Assembly: GCA_964636545.1 (NCBI GenBank)
Contig: CAZWSR010000003.1
Span: 1 to 64,000 of the forward strand
Source: Candidatus Undinarchaeota archaeon
Lineage (GTDB): Archaea; Undinarchaeota; Undinarchaeia; Undinarchaeales; UBA543
Direction: 5' to 3'
Length of the DNA stretch: 64,000 nucleotides
A program made the translations under genes and the position numbers. Positions 27,880 to 37,527 of the stretch are shown here, piece by piece (position 1 is the first letter of the stretch; each line of letters begins with the position of its first letter). The notes under the pieces were generated by a model, which saw nothing but the letters and a program-made list of their open reading frames with translations, did no database searches and had not been told where the DNA came from.

Positions 27880-30800
27880 TTACTTCTTTTTGAGTGACCA
27901 GTATGCAATACCAGCTACTACAACCACTATTACAATCAACCAGTATACCCAAGTTGGGATGTCCATTGCTGTTGAAGGCACTGTTGTCTCAGTAGTGTCT
28001 TCTGCATCACCAGTTGAAACAACTGATGGACCATCATCTGCGCTGGAAGGTGCAGGTGTGTCAGCAACTGTTGTGTCACCTGTTCTTGCTGCAGCGAAAC
28101 CAGATTCAACCTTAGTCACAGTAATGTCTGCAATTCCACGTTTCACACCGTTCAAGGTCAGTTTCAAGTCACTAATAGAATCACCATTCAAGTCAACATA
28201 CTTTGGAGTAGCAATCTTCAAAGTGTAAGACATTGGAGTTGATGCAATTGTAACAACTGCATAACCACTACCAACTTCTCTAACTGTCAGTGTATGGCTT
28301 TCTGAACTTGATGAACCAGTATCCTGGTCAAACACTTCAATGCTTACGCCCATTACATCATCTGCAACCAACTGAACATTTGCTTCTTCAACAATGTTGT
28401 TTGTTGCAGAATCAATAGCTTCTTCGAAGTATTGCTCGATTGGAGTTGGACTAGAAGCAGTACCACCACTACCAGCACCGCCAGAGCCTGCACCAGAAGT
28501 ATCTTCCTCTCCGCCACCACAGGTAGCAGTTGTGAAGTCCCAGGTGTATTGAGTTGCAAGTGAGTTGTTGGCAGAATCCTCAACTGAAGTTTCTATGGTT
28601 GCATTATACTTTGTACCACAAGTCAAGGAGTTGTTTGGATTCATAGTTATTGTAGTGTTATCGCTTGTGCTTATTACATTGCCAATACCAGTACCATCTG
28701 TTTTATTGATCCATAAGTTGGTCACTGTGATTGTGCTCATATCCATCTTGTCATTAAATGTAATCACAATATCGTCAGTGATATCAACACCAGTGTTTCC
28801 ATCACCAGGTACAGTTAATGTTACATTTGGCTGCTCATCATCCTGTGCTCTTATTTCTAGCTCAATACCACTGAAGTGAGGAACTCTAATCCAAATCATT
28901 TCTTCAGCTGGAGTGATGTAAGCAAAGGAAGTACCAGTAGCTAGTTTAACAGCAGTTGTGTTGTTAACAATCATACCAGTTCCATTCCAGTAAGTTGAGT
29001 AACTGAAGTACCTGTTGGTTATAGGAGTGTCATTCCACTCTTCATACAAGAATGTAGATGCATTAACTAAAGGAGTTGATCCATTTGGATTCCACTCAAC
29101 ATTCCAATTCTCATCATAGAAGTTGAGAACAGATACATTGATGATACCAGTTTCATTGAACCTTGAGTCATTATATGGAAGTCCAAGGATTACATAATCA
29201 TATGAATCGCGTGGGATAAAGCTACCAACAATCCAAGTTTCAACTAAATTAGAATCACTTTCTGTATTGTTTGAATTGTCATCTTCTGTCTTTATAGAAG
29301 TTCTGTTGAAGTGAACATCAGGTACAACACCAACTAAAGAGTTAACACCAGCATAGTGCACAGTGAAGTTAGTTGCTACATCAACAACTCTCAAACTGTA
29401 GTTTCCACCACCTAGGGCAGTTTGTAATACATCAAAGTCTCCTGCAGAGTAGTTGTAACCACCAGAAGGCTGATCTGGGAATTGAGCAGTACATGGACCA
29501 GATGCATTAGAGAAGTTACCTTCATTACAGGTTGTGTTGTGTGTTAATCTCTGTACAGTTACACTTGGAAGTGAAGTTCCATCACGCTGAGAGTTCTTGT
29601 AGGAATCCATTGTCAATGTAACGGAAGTTCCAGACAAGTTACCTGCAACAAGACCAACTGCTTTGTATGAGGAAAATCTAGTATCAGTGGTGTACACATT
29701 TATCTTGTCAATTGGTGCGCTGAACACAGGTATGGAGAAGTTTCCATTACCACCAGTTCCGCGAACAGACTTGACCCAAGTAAATGCAGTTGTGTTGTTG
29801 TTCATACTAGTATCATTAACATATGCAGTGTAGTTCACATCAACTGTAACATGTGCATATCTTGGACTGACATTGCCGTTTGTTAAGTTGAAGGTCATCA
29901 ACTTAGATGTTACTGTCCAAGGTGTACTCTCATATGTACTATTAGGAATAGAGATATTATATACGTCTCCTTGAAGCTCGTATGCAGTCATTGCAAAGTC
30001 AGTTATATTGAATGTATTATACCCTTGTGCAGCTGCGCCATCAACAACCATTGTGATGTTTCTAAATGCACCATAATAGGTAAGGTTGCTCTCAACACAA
30101 GTTGCTCCGCCGGAACAATTGGTTAATGCAGCAAACAACATAATTGTAATGTTCTCAGATGATTTGTTACCATCCAAAGACAAAGATGAATTTGCATCGC
30201 CTACTGGAAGAGTTATGTTGAAATTACCAGTTGCAGGAATATATATATCAGTGTATGTTGAGCCTGCAATTCCACTTAAATTGAAAGGCAACATACCATC
30301 TTCATCAAGACGCCCCTTACCATCCATTATCCATGCCATCATAGTCATGTTGTCAAAGGTATTACTTGTCCCATTATCAACTGTTGTAACATTACCTGAA
30401 ACCCAAATAAATGGAAGTTCATTAAGAGTATCATTAACTTTCCTGACACCAGGAGCTAACAATGTTACATTGTTACACAATGAGAATGCAACAATTGAAC
30501 TTGTATTGTAGATGTGGTAAGTAAATGGTATTGAAGTGTTTGGATATACCATCATAGTGTAGTTTCTTCCTCTTGGCAAACCAACTGAAAGATGAGTTAC
30601 ACCAGCTTTGAGCTCTTCATATACAACAAAACTTGTGTTCGCATCATATATCTTATATTTGAAAGTTAGGTTGATTGCACCTGTTAAATCAGCATCAAGA
30701 GATTCGCCTAATCTAAGATCGAGATCATCACCAGATGTGTTGTTCATTACAGTTACATTAAGTGTGTATGCTTCCTGGATGTAGACACTTAAGTTAGATA

Positions 30801-31212
30801 GTGTGTGTAGTTCTGTAACAGATATTGGAGGTAGGAATGAACCTGTAAAGTTCTTAGTAGCAGCAGGAGTTCCATTCAGTACACGTAGTTTGTATGTGTA
30901 ACCACCAGTGTTCCAGTTTCCAGAAGTATTATTGTAGATACCAGTTATGTTCCAGGTACCATTGTGATCAGAAACACTCCAGTTTGTGAAAACTTCAGTT
31001 GTGCCATTATAAACTTGTATTGACACATTCATTCCAGCAGCAGTGTTTCCAGAAGTATTATAAACCATACCAGAAAGATTGAAAGTTTCATTCATTCTAG
31101 CAGAGTTACATTTTTCTGCAGCAGTACATGCAGCTTGTGCACTGCCTGCAATGCAGAGCAGTGTTAGTAGTATAGCAAAAAATACAATTGTTTTTTTCAT
31201 TGGATTCCCCAT
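27880..31212 (-). CDS. Large secreted glycoprotein, S-layer/cell-surface candidate
   Basis: Signal peptide, dense N-x-S/T sequons, Ig-like domain (ITFNDKMD..YTWDFTT), Thr-rich linker, C-terminal TM + KKK. Confidence 0.8.
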   Translation of the reverse strand: MGNPMKKTIVFFAILLTLLCIAGSAQAACTAAEKCNSARMNETFNLSGMVYNTSGNTAAGMNVSIQVYNGTTEVFTNWSVSDHNGTWNITGIYNNTSGNWNTGGYTYKLRVLNGTPAATKNFTGSFLPPISVTELHTLSNLSVYIQEAYTLNVTVMNNTSGDDLDLRLGESLDADLTGAINLTFKYKIYDANTSFVVYEELKAGVTHLSVGLPRGRNYTMMVYPNTSIPFTYHIYNTSSIVAFSLCNNVTLLAPGVRKVNDTLNELPFIWVSGNVTTVDNGTSNTFDNMTMMAWIMDGKGRLDEDGMLPFNLSGIAGSTYTDIYIPATGNFNITLPVGDANSSLSLDGNKSSENITIMLFAALTNCSGGATCVESNLTYYGAFRNITMVVDGAAAQGYNTFNITDFAMTAYELQGDVYNISIPNSTYESTPWTVTSKLMTFNLTNGNVSPRYAHVTVDVNYTAYVNDTSMNNNTTAFTWVKSVRGTGGNGNFSIPVFSAPIDKINVYTTDTRFSSYKAVGLVAGNLSGTSVTLTMDSYKNSQRDGTSLPSVTVQRLTHNTTCNEGNFSNASGPCTAQFPDQPSGGYNYSAGDFDVLQTALGGGNYSLRVVDVATNFTVHYAGVNSLVGVVPDVHFNRTSIKTEDDNSNNTESDSNLVETWIVGSFIPRDSYDYVILGLPYNDSRFNETGIINVSVLNFYDENWNVEWNPNGSTPLVNASTFLYEEWNDTPITNRYFSYSTYWNGTGMIVNNTTAVKLATGTSFAYITPAEEMIWIRVPHFSGIELEIRAQDDEQPNVTLTVPGDGNTGVDITDDIVITFNDKMDMSTITVTNLWINKTDGTGIGNVISTSDNTTITMNPNNSLTCGTKYNATIETSVEDSANNSLATQYTWDFTTATCGGGEEDTSGAGSGGAGSGGTASSPTPIEQYFEEAIDSATNNIVEEANVQLVADDVMGVSIEVFDQDTGSSSSESHTLTVREVGSGYAVVTIASTPMSYTLKIATPKYVDLNGDSISDLKLTLNGVKRGIADITVTKVESGFAAARTGDTTVADTPAPSSADDGPSVVSTGDAEDTTETTVPSTAMDIPTWVYWLIVIVVVVAGIAYWSLKKK

Positions 31213-31317
31213 TCTGAACGAAGCTAGTTACATAACCTTTATATACCTTTCGCCGAGGTCAAAAAAATCTAAAACCGATAGCAAGCAAGGTAGAAATTCG
31301 TAAAAAGTGTGAAAAAA

Positions 31318-32991
31318 TTACTTGTGAGAGAGGATAAATTTATTTTTTGTTTCTTTTTTGCAGAACCCAAATCTCTCAAACTGGACAACGCCTTCCGGTT
31401 TTATGTCAGCAACTACAGCTTCAGCTTTTCCTTTAATTTTTTTCAAACCATCTTTTCCAACTTCGCCAGGGACAGTAACTTCAATTTCAATGTTCTCTTC
31501 AGTAACCCACTGTATCTTGCTTGTGTTTGGTTTGACTTCAACTGAATCAAATTCTGCTTTACCTTTTCCAATATATTTGACATTAAATAAATCCTTTAAT
31601 CTGAAAATATTTCCCTTTTTCAAATTCTTTTCATCATCAGAACTGATGTAAAAAATATCATTTGTTTTTACTTTTCGTGTTCCGTGCTCTGGATGATTTG
31701 GATGCATTTTTAGCTCAGCTGTTTTTCCAGTAGCGCCCTTGACAGTGAGCTTAACTGGAGTTGGAACAAAGAAATATCTGTCTGCTTGCTCATCCAAAAT
31801 CTTCCGGTTGATACCGAAAATGGTTTTGTAATCAATAGTAGTTGAGCTCTTTGTCATCCGAACTTCCAATGCAAGTTGGCGCAAAGTCTCTGGTAAAATA
31901 CCTCGTTTTTTCAATCCTTTAATTGTCACAAGTCGTGGATCATCCCAGCCAGTTACGTCGCCGCTATCGATTAATGGTTGGATTTCTCTTTTGGAAGTTG
32001 GAGCACCACTTGTATTTATTCTAGAGTAGGAAATAATTTCAGGATTTTTGTAGCCAAGAAGTTCGCGTAATTTGTTCTGCAGTTCATCCCTTTGCACAAA
32101 TTCATTTGACCTTAGCACATGAGTTATTCCGCTTTCAGCATCAGCAATTGAATTTGCAAAATCATAAAGTGGCCACACACGGTACTTTTTCTTCTGTAAT
32201 GGATGACTGTCCTCAACAATTCTGAAAAGAGTTGGATCGCGCATCACACTGTTTTTTGCCTGCATGTCTGCTTTCAACCTAAGGACTGCTGTTCCTTTTT
32301 CCATATCTTTCAGCATTTTGTTCCAGAGTTCAAGGTTCTTCTTTGCATCCTGTTTCCTGCATTTGCAATCTTTTCCATCATATCTATTTTTTCTGGACGT
32401 CTCAACAGGACATGAACAAATATACACATAATTATTTTTTATCAACTGTTCTGCTTTCTCATAAAAAAGATCAATAAAATCTGAGTCGTTTTTCCTCTCT
32501 ATATATATTATACCAAGCCAGTCAATATCTTCAGCAATTGAATCATAGAATTCTTTTTTTTCTTTTCCAGGATTTGTATCCTCGAATCTCAGTAAAAGTT
32601 TGCCTTTGTACTTCTTGGCGTAATACTCATTAAAGAAAAATGAAATTGCGTGGCCAATATGCATGTGCCCATTTGGCTCAGGTGGTAGACGAGTTACAAC
32701 TTTTCCAATTTTTGCATTTGGTAATTCCGGAAGCTCGCGAGGCCCTTCCTTCTCTTTTGGTTTGAAAAAGTCTGGCCAGAGTTCAAGTAATCTTTTTTCC
32801 TGATCATCAGCTCTCATCAAGTTCACTTTGTTTGTTACCTCTGCAATCTGATTTTGAATTTTCTTAATATTGTTCTTGAGCTTTGGATCTTCAGAAAGCA
32901 CTCTGCCAATAACAGCGCCAATGTTCGCTTTTCCATTATGCTGCACAGCATTTGCAAGTGCGTGCTTCTCAATTAACTCATCAGGTTTCAT
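31318..32991 (-). CDS. gltX: Glutamate--tRNA ligase
   Basis: RLPPEPNGHMHIGH, LRFEDTNP, THVLRS, GWDDPRL, QFERFGF. Confidence 0.95.
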   Translation of the reverse strand: MKPDELIEKHALANAVQHNGKANIGAVIGRVLSEDPKLKNNIKKIQNQIAEVTNKVNLMRADDQEKRLLELWPDFFKPKEKEGPRELPELPNAKIGKVVTRLPPEPNGHMHIGHAISFFFNEYYAKKYKGKLLLRFEDTNPGKEKKEFYDSIAEDIDWLGIIYIERKNDSDFIDLFYEKAEQLIKNNYVYICSCPVETSRKNRYDGKDCKCRKQDAKKNLELWNKMLKDMEKGTAVLRLKADMQAKNSVMRDPTLFRIVEDSHPLQKKKYRVWPLYDFANSIADAESGITHVLRSNEFVQRDELQNKLRELLGYKNPEIISYSRINTSGAPTSKREIQPLIDSGDVTGWDDPRLVTIKGLKKRGILPETLRQLALEVRMTKSSTTIDYKTIFGINRKILDEQADRYFFVPTPVKLTVKGATGKTAELKMHPNHPEHGTRKVKTNDIFYISSDDEKNLKKGNIFRLKDLFNVKYIGKGKAEFDSVEVKPNTSKIQWVTEENIEIEVTVPGEVGKDGLKKIKGKAEAVVADIKPEGVVQFERFGFCKKETKNKFILSHK

Positions 32992-33048
32992 TGTTGATTG
33001 GGTAAGATGTTGTATTATATAAATGGTTTGAGTTAGTTGAATTATATA

Positions 33049-33121
33049 TTAAGGTAGTAGGCAGTTGGCACTAGGTAGTAGGTCTTACCCACTGCCCCCT
33101 GCCCACCACCCACAACCTTAA
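33049..33121. repeat. Inverted heptamer element, GGYAGTR family, bounded by TTAAGG/CCTTAA
   Basis: ggtagta ggcagtt ggcacta ggtagta ggtct | tacccac tgccccc tgcccac cacccac aacc. Confidence 0.85.
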
Positions 33122-33176
33122 CAAACAAGTCAGCTGATTAGTTACTTTTATAAACTTGCCAGAATAATCCCCAACT

Positions 33177-34082
33177 ATGGTAAAACACGAACTTGTAACA
33201 TGGGTCAAAGATGGTCTAACAAAAGGCCATGAACTTGAGAAATTATTAAGCAATCTCAAGACGCAGGGTTATCCTGATGTTGATATTGTTGAAGTGCGTT
33301 CTCATGTCACAGGGAAAAAACCAGCTCCAAAAATCCAAGCGAAATCAGTAGGAGGGGGCACATTTATGCAAGTTATGCGCTGGCTAAGTGGAATATTTTT
33401 TGAGCCACATAATACAATCAAACAAATTGCAGATCATGCCAGACACATCCATGTTGCACTTATGGGTGGAATAGCAGTTGCAGTTGTTTTCAGTGCATTT
33501 TTGTTAAACAGTATAATGATAGAAGGACTACAAACTTTGCCGTCACAAGTGATGAGCAAATTCAGTTTAATAATTTCACCACAAGGAAGTTTTGCAAAAG
33601 TCATTGGTTTTGGTGAGCTCTCAATTTCAGGAATTTTCGCAAACATAATTGCAGGGGTTCTGCACTATTTCATTCCACTGCTTGGTATCGCTTTCTTAGC
33701 ACATATGATCCTAAAAGGAATCTATCAGAAAAATAATATGTGGACTGCTTACAAAGCAATTGGAATACCGTACGGAGCTGGAACAATTGCAATAAGTTTA
33801 CTAAATCTTTTGCTTGTTCCATTCCTTTTCATTGCAGAGCAAGTTGGATCAGCAAGCTTTTTTGCAAAAGCAATTACAGGCGTGATATTAATTGTGCAAA
33901 TGGGAATAATCTTTTTTGGAATTGCAATTGCAATTTACACTTATGTGGCATATGCAATGGTAATAAAAGAAAAATACGAAACCAAAACATTGATGGCAAT
34001 TGGAGTTTCAGTTGTAAGTGGCTTCTTTGTTGTAAAAGTGATTCTACCGCTTTTGGTTCTTCTTGTTGCAAGCTTATTCTAG
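33177..34082 (+). CDS. Yip1-like multi-pass membrane protein
   Basis: Short helical N-terminal domain, IFFEP, five TM helices. Confidence 0.65.
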   Translation: MVKHELVTWVKDGLTKGHELEKLLSNLKTQGYPDVDIVEVRSHVTGKKPAPKIQAKSVGGGTFMQVMRWLSGIFFEPHNTIKQIADHARHIHVALMGGIAVAVVFSAFLLNSIMIEGLQTLPSQVMSKFSLIISPQGSFAKVIGFGELSISGIFANIIAGVLHYFIPLLGIAFLAHMILKGIYQKNNMWTAYKAIGIPYGAGTIAISLLNLLLVPFLFIAEQVGSASFFAKAITGVILIVQMGIIFFGIAIAIYTYVAYAMVIKEKYETKTLMAIGVSVVSGFFVVKVILPLLVLLVASLF

Positions 34083-35414
34083 TTTTTTGTCAAGCTGAAG
34101 GCGCTGACCATTTTGGAGAATGTGCATTGTTTCTCCAAGCAAATATTTGTCATCCCGTCTCTCTGAAGCGAGCTTAGCATAAGAACTTAATTTATCCAAT
34201 CCACCGTGACAAGGTATCACATGATCTGGGTTTAGCATTGTAAGAAGATCTCGATGATCCTCTTTTCCAGCGTGTCCACTAACATGCACATCTCGGAAAA
34301 TTCGGGCTCCATAGAATTGTAATTTTCTTTCAAGAATATCTCGATTTGCAATATTACTTGGATTAGGAATTGTACTGCAGGAGAAAATAACCTCATCCCC
34401 TGGATCAATTTTGTATTCATATTCGCCATTAGCAATTCTGGAAAGAACAGCATTTGGCTCACCCTGACCACCAGTAACCACAAAGATGTAGTCCTTTTTG
34501 TTTTTGGCTGCTTCATTCAAAGCTTTCTTTCGTCCTTTGCTTCTGCCATAAATTTCAAATTCTGTAAAGTCACGGATCCCACAATTCTGCGCAACTTTCA
34601 TGTATTTTGACATTGAGCTTCCGCAGAAAACAATCTGTCTTCCAAGTTTTTTGCCAACTTCCAAAATAGAATTTAGACGCTCAATGTGTGAGCTGAAACA
34701 AGTAACAAGAATCCCATTATTGTCATTCAGTGTCTCAGTCATTGTGTCATTTAGCATTTGTTTTGCAACAACTTCTGACGGAGTTTTGCTAGGATCATCA
34801 GCCCTAACAGATTCCACAATCATTGCTTTGACACCTTCTTTCCCCAGCTTCTGAAGACGCTTGTAATCTGGTGGTTTTTCAAGAGCCTGATAATTATCAA
34901 ATTTGTAATCATTGGCGTAGAAAACAACTCCTTCAGCTGTGTGAAGTGCAGTGAAAGTTGTTTGTGGAGTTGAGTGAGTTACATGCAAAAATTCAACAGC
35001 AAGATCACCAAGCTCCATCACTTCTCCAAATTGCATTTCAACAAATTTAGTTGGCTTTTCCCGCTCTTCTTTTAGGTTTTCCTTGAGGATGCCAAGAGTA
35101 AATGGTGTTCCAACAATTGGCGCATTATATTTTTTAGCTAGTTTTCCAATTGCACCAATATGGTCAAGGTGAGCATGTGAAGCAATAATTGCAGAGACCT
35201 GACCGCGATATTTGTCAAGAACTGTGTCGTCAGGAACCACACCCATGCGAGTAAGTTCTGGCTCGCCCAAAGCTTCTACAGATTCACCCCAAAGAAGGAG
35301 CTTATCCAAGGCAATTCCCATGTCCATAATAACGACTTGGTCATCAACCTTAACTGCGGTCATATTTTGTCCAACTTCTTCATAACCGCCTACAGCGAAA
35401 ATTTCTATTGTCAT
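34074..35414 (-). CDS. rnj: Ribonuclease J (archaeal beta-CASP)
   Basis: GGYEEVGQNM, SHAHLDHIG, FSSHIER, TGGQGEP, HVSGH. Confidence 0.92.
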   Translation of the reverse strand: MTIEIFAVGGYEEVGQNMTAVKVDDQVVIMDMGIALDKLLLWGESVEALGEPELTRMGVVPDDTVLDKYRGQVSAIIASHAHLDHIGAIGKLAKKYNAPIVGTPFTLGILKENLKEEREKPTKFVEMQFGEVMELGDLAVEFLHVTHSTPQTTFTALHTAEGVVFYANDYKFDNYQALEKPPDYKRLQKLGKEGVKAMIVESVRADDPSKTPSEVVAKQMLNDTMTETLNDNNGILVTCFSSHIERLNSILEVGKKLGRQIVFCGSSMSKYMKVAQNCGIRDFTEFEIYGRSKGRKKALNEAAKNKKDYIFVVTGGQGEPNAVLSRIANGEYEYKIDPGDEVIFSCSTIPNPSNIANRDILERKLQFYGARIFRDVHVSGHAGKEDHRDLLTMLNPDHVIPCHGGLDKLSSYAKLASERRDDKYLLGETMHILQNGQRLQLDKKLE

Positions 35415-35465
35415 AATTGCAGATAACTGTTGTGGGTTTATAAAAGTATGCCAACTAATGCAAGT

Positions 35466-36311
35466 TTACTCAAAAATTACACTACCATATCCAACAACTT
35501 TTGTCAAGTCTTTTGTTGTATCTCCAGAAGTTGCGTATTTTAGCAAATGACCGGTCTGTGCATGTCTGCTTTGCGCATAAGACATTGCAGAAATTATTGG
35601 ACCTTTGCCGCAGATGCTTGGTTTCTTCGCTGTCAAGTATTGGTTGAATCCGAAAATATCTAATGCTTCAATTTTCTGAAGAGCTCCAGAATCCATTGCC
35701 TCGGCCTGTTTTTGAGTAATGTAATGCGAGAAATCAGTACTTGCAATAACTGTAACTTTCTTTTTTTCACAAACTTTTGCAATTGCATCCCCAAGCTCTT
35801 GAGCCACATTTAGTTCATGTCTGGCCATGCAAATTGGAACAATTTTGAACTTCTTTGTTTTCTGAACATGTTGTAAGAAAGGTAATTGAACTTCAATTGA
35901 ATGCTCGTATAGGTGCGCTGCTTCTTCAATATCAATGGTTCCGGTTTCATCAACTAAATCTTGAGCAATCTTGTCATCAATTTTAATTTGACCAAGTGGA
36001 GTTGCCCATGCACCTGCTCCACTAATTGAAATTGGGGCTCCCTGGCCAGTGTGATTTGGACCTAGTATAATATATGTATCAGCCTGCTGGCTGTATTTTA
36101 TTACATTGTAAAAGTGCGCAGCAACAGGACCAGAGTAGGTATAACCAGCATGAGGCGCAATACCTGCAGTAACCATTGGGAACTTTTTAGAAGGTGCTTT
36201 CTTAAGAATTCCTGGACCTAGCTTTGACTTAAAACAAGCATCCAATTGCTTAACAAGCTCAGGTTTTGTGCCAGCATAAAACTGGCCAGCGACTGCCGGT
36301 GCTCTTACCAT
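35466..36311 (-). CDS. MEMO1 family protein
   Basis: RAPAVAGQFY, PHAGYTYSG, GPNHTG, EHSIEVQLPFLQ, STDFSHY. Confidence 0.92.
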   Translation of the reverse strand: MVRAPAVAGQFYAGTKPELVKQLDACFKSKLGPGILKKAPSKKFPMVTAGIAPHAGYTYSGPVAAHFYNVIKYSQQADTYIILGPNHTGQGAPISISGAGAWATPLGQIKIDDKIAQDLVDETGTIDIEEAAHLYEHSIEVQLPFLQHVQKTKKFKIVPICMARHELNVAQELGDAIAKVCEKKKVTVIASTDFSHYITQKQAEAMDSGALQKIEALDIFGFNQYLTAKKPSICGKGPIISAMSYAQSRHAQTGHLLKYATSGDTTKDLTKVVGYGSVIFE

Positions 36312-36368
36312 GCTAAGTTTTGTAAAAATAATGATTTATAAGTTTATCCAATGGGTTAAATTGGTTCG

Positions 36369-36398
36369 GGTAGTAGGCAGGGGGCAGGGGGTAGTAGG
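36369..36398. repeat. Heptamer array GGYAGTR family (single arm)
   Basis: ggtagta ggcaggg ggcaggg ggtagta gg. Confidence 0.8.
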
Positions 36399-36437
36399 AT
36401 TAGGAAAAGGTTTATACTAAAAAAACAAACAGAGATT

Positions 36438-36788
36438 GTGAAAATAAAAAAAGTAAAAGATGTTGAAGATTTTAAAAAAGGCGATGAGGTTCTTGTAATA
36501 CATGAAAGTAAGTTTCCATCAATGAGATTTATGTTTCATGGAAAATTCTTGGACATTAATAGAGGAATAAAAGTAAAGGGAGCTGACAAAAAAGGAGAAG
36601 GATGGATACGGTTCACAGACATTATTCAACTGCCACTGACAACCTTTCTGGGGGACGAAAAAAGAATTAAGCATATAGTAAAGATTCTGAGAAAACTTGA
36701 AGACCCAAAACATCCGCGTGAGAAAGGGCCAAAAGGATACCATCTAAGTATTACTAAAAAAGGTTGGACTGCTTACAAAATAAGTTAA
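36438..36788 (+). CDS. Hypothetical basic protein
   Basis: 116-aa ORF filling the gap, TATA-like tttata upstream; stop abuts rps2 stop. Confidence 0.6.
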   Translation: MKIKKVKDVEDFKKGDEVLVIHESKFPSMRFMFHGKFLDINRGIKVKGADKKGEGWIRFTDIIQLPLTTFLGDEKRIKHIVKILRKLEDPKHPREKGPKGYHLSITKKGWTAYKIS

Positions 36789-37448
36789 TTATTCTTCTTC
36801 AGGAAAATCTTCAAATTCTTCAACAGTGTATTTGAAAGCATCTGCTTTCTTGATTTTTCCCTGCTTCAACATAACTTCCCTTGCCAATAACCAGAAAATC
36901 ATTGACAAAGATTTCTTTCCCTTGTTGTTGCATGGGATTATGAAATCAATATTCTGAGTCATGTTATTTGAATCGCAAAGTGAAATAATTGGAATATTCA
37001 TTTTCAAAGCTTCCATTAATGCCTGTCTGTCTGCTCCTGGATCAATAATGAAAATTAATTCTGGCTCAGTGTATTTTACATAAGCAGGATTTGTCAAACT
37101 ACCTGGCATGAATCTTGTAATAATTGGAGTTGCTCCAATCAAATCACAGAATTTTTTAATAGCTGGCCTGCCAACATCACGAGCACAAACTACCATGATT
37201 TTTTCTGGCTTGTAATTAGCGAGCATATTTGAAGCTGTCTTAAGTCTGCGATCAATTTCAGAAACATCAAGAACTGACAAACCATCTGGCCTAACTTTGT
37301 AAATGAATTTTGCCATGTCATTTAGCTTTCGCTGTGTGCCAATATGAACTCCAGCAGACAAGTACTTGTCCAAAGGAACTAGAGTATCTTGTGCCGGTAG
37401 TGCGTCTTCTTTTGGCGCTTCTTCTTTGGTTTTTGGTTCTTCTGTCAT
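36789..37448 (-). CDS. rps2: 30S ribosomal protein uS2
   Basis: YLSAGVHIGT, RFMPGSLTNP, IPCNNKG. Confidence 0.96.
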   Translation of the reverse strand: MTEEPKTKEEAPKEDALPAQDTLVPLDKYLSAGVHIGTQRKLNDMAKFIYKVRPDGLSVLDVSEIDRRLKTASNMLANYKPEKIMVVCARDVGRPAIKKFCDLIGATPIITRFMPGSLTNPAYVKYTEPELIFIIDPGADRQALMEALKMNIPIISLCDSNNMTQNIDFIIPCNNKGKKSLSMIFWLLAREVMLKQGKIKKADAFKYTVEEFEDFPEEE

Positions 37449-37466
37449 TTTGGTTTTTGGTTAAAT

Positions 37467-37527
37467 GTATCGGGCATCTGGCTTCGGGTATCAGGCCTGA
37501 TACCTGATGCCTGTTACCTGATCCCTA
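37467..37527. repeat. Inverted heptamer element, CAGGYAT family, eno/rps2 junction
   Basis: cgggcat ctggctt cgggtat cagg|cctg atacctg atgcctg ttacctg atcccta; perfect 18-bp palindrome at 37487-37504. Confidence 0.85.
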
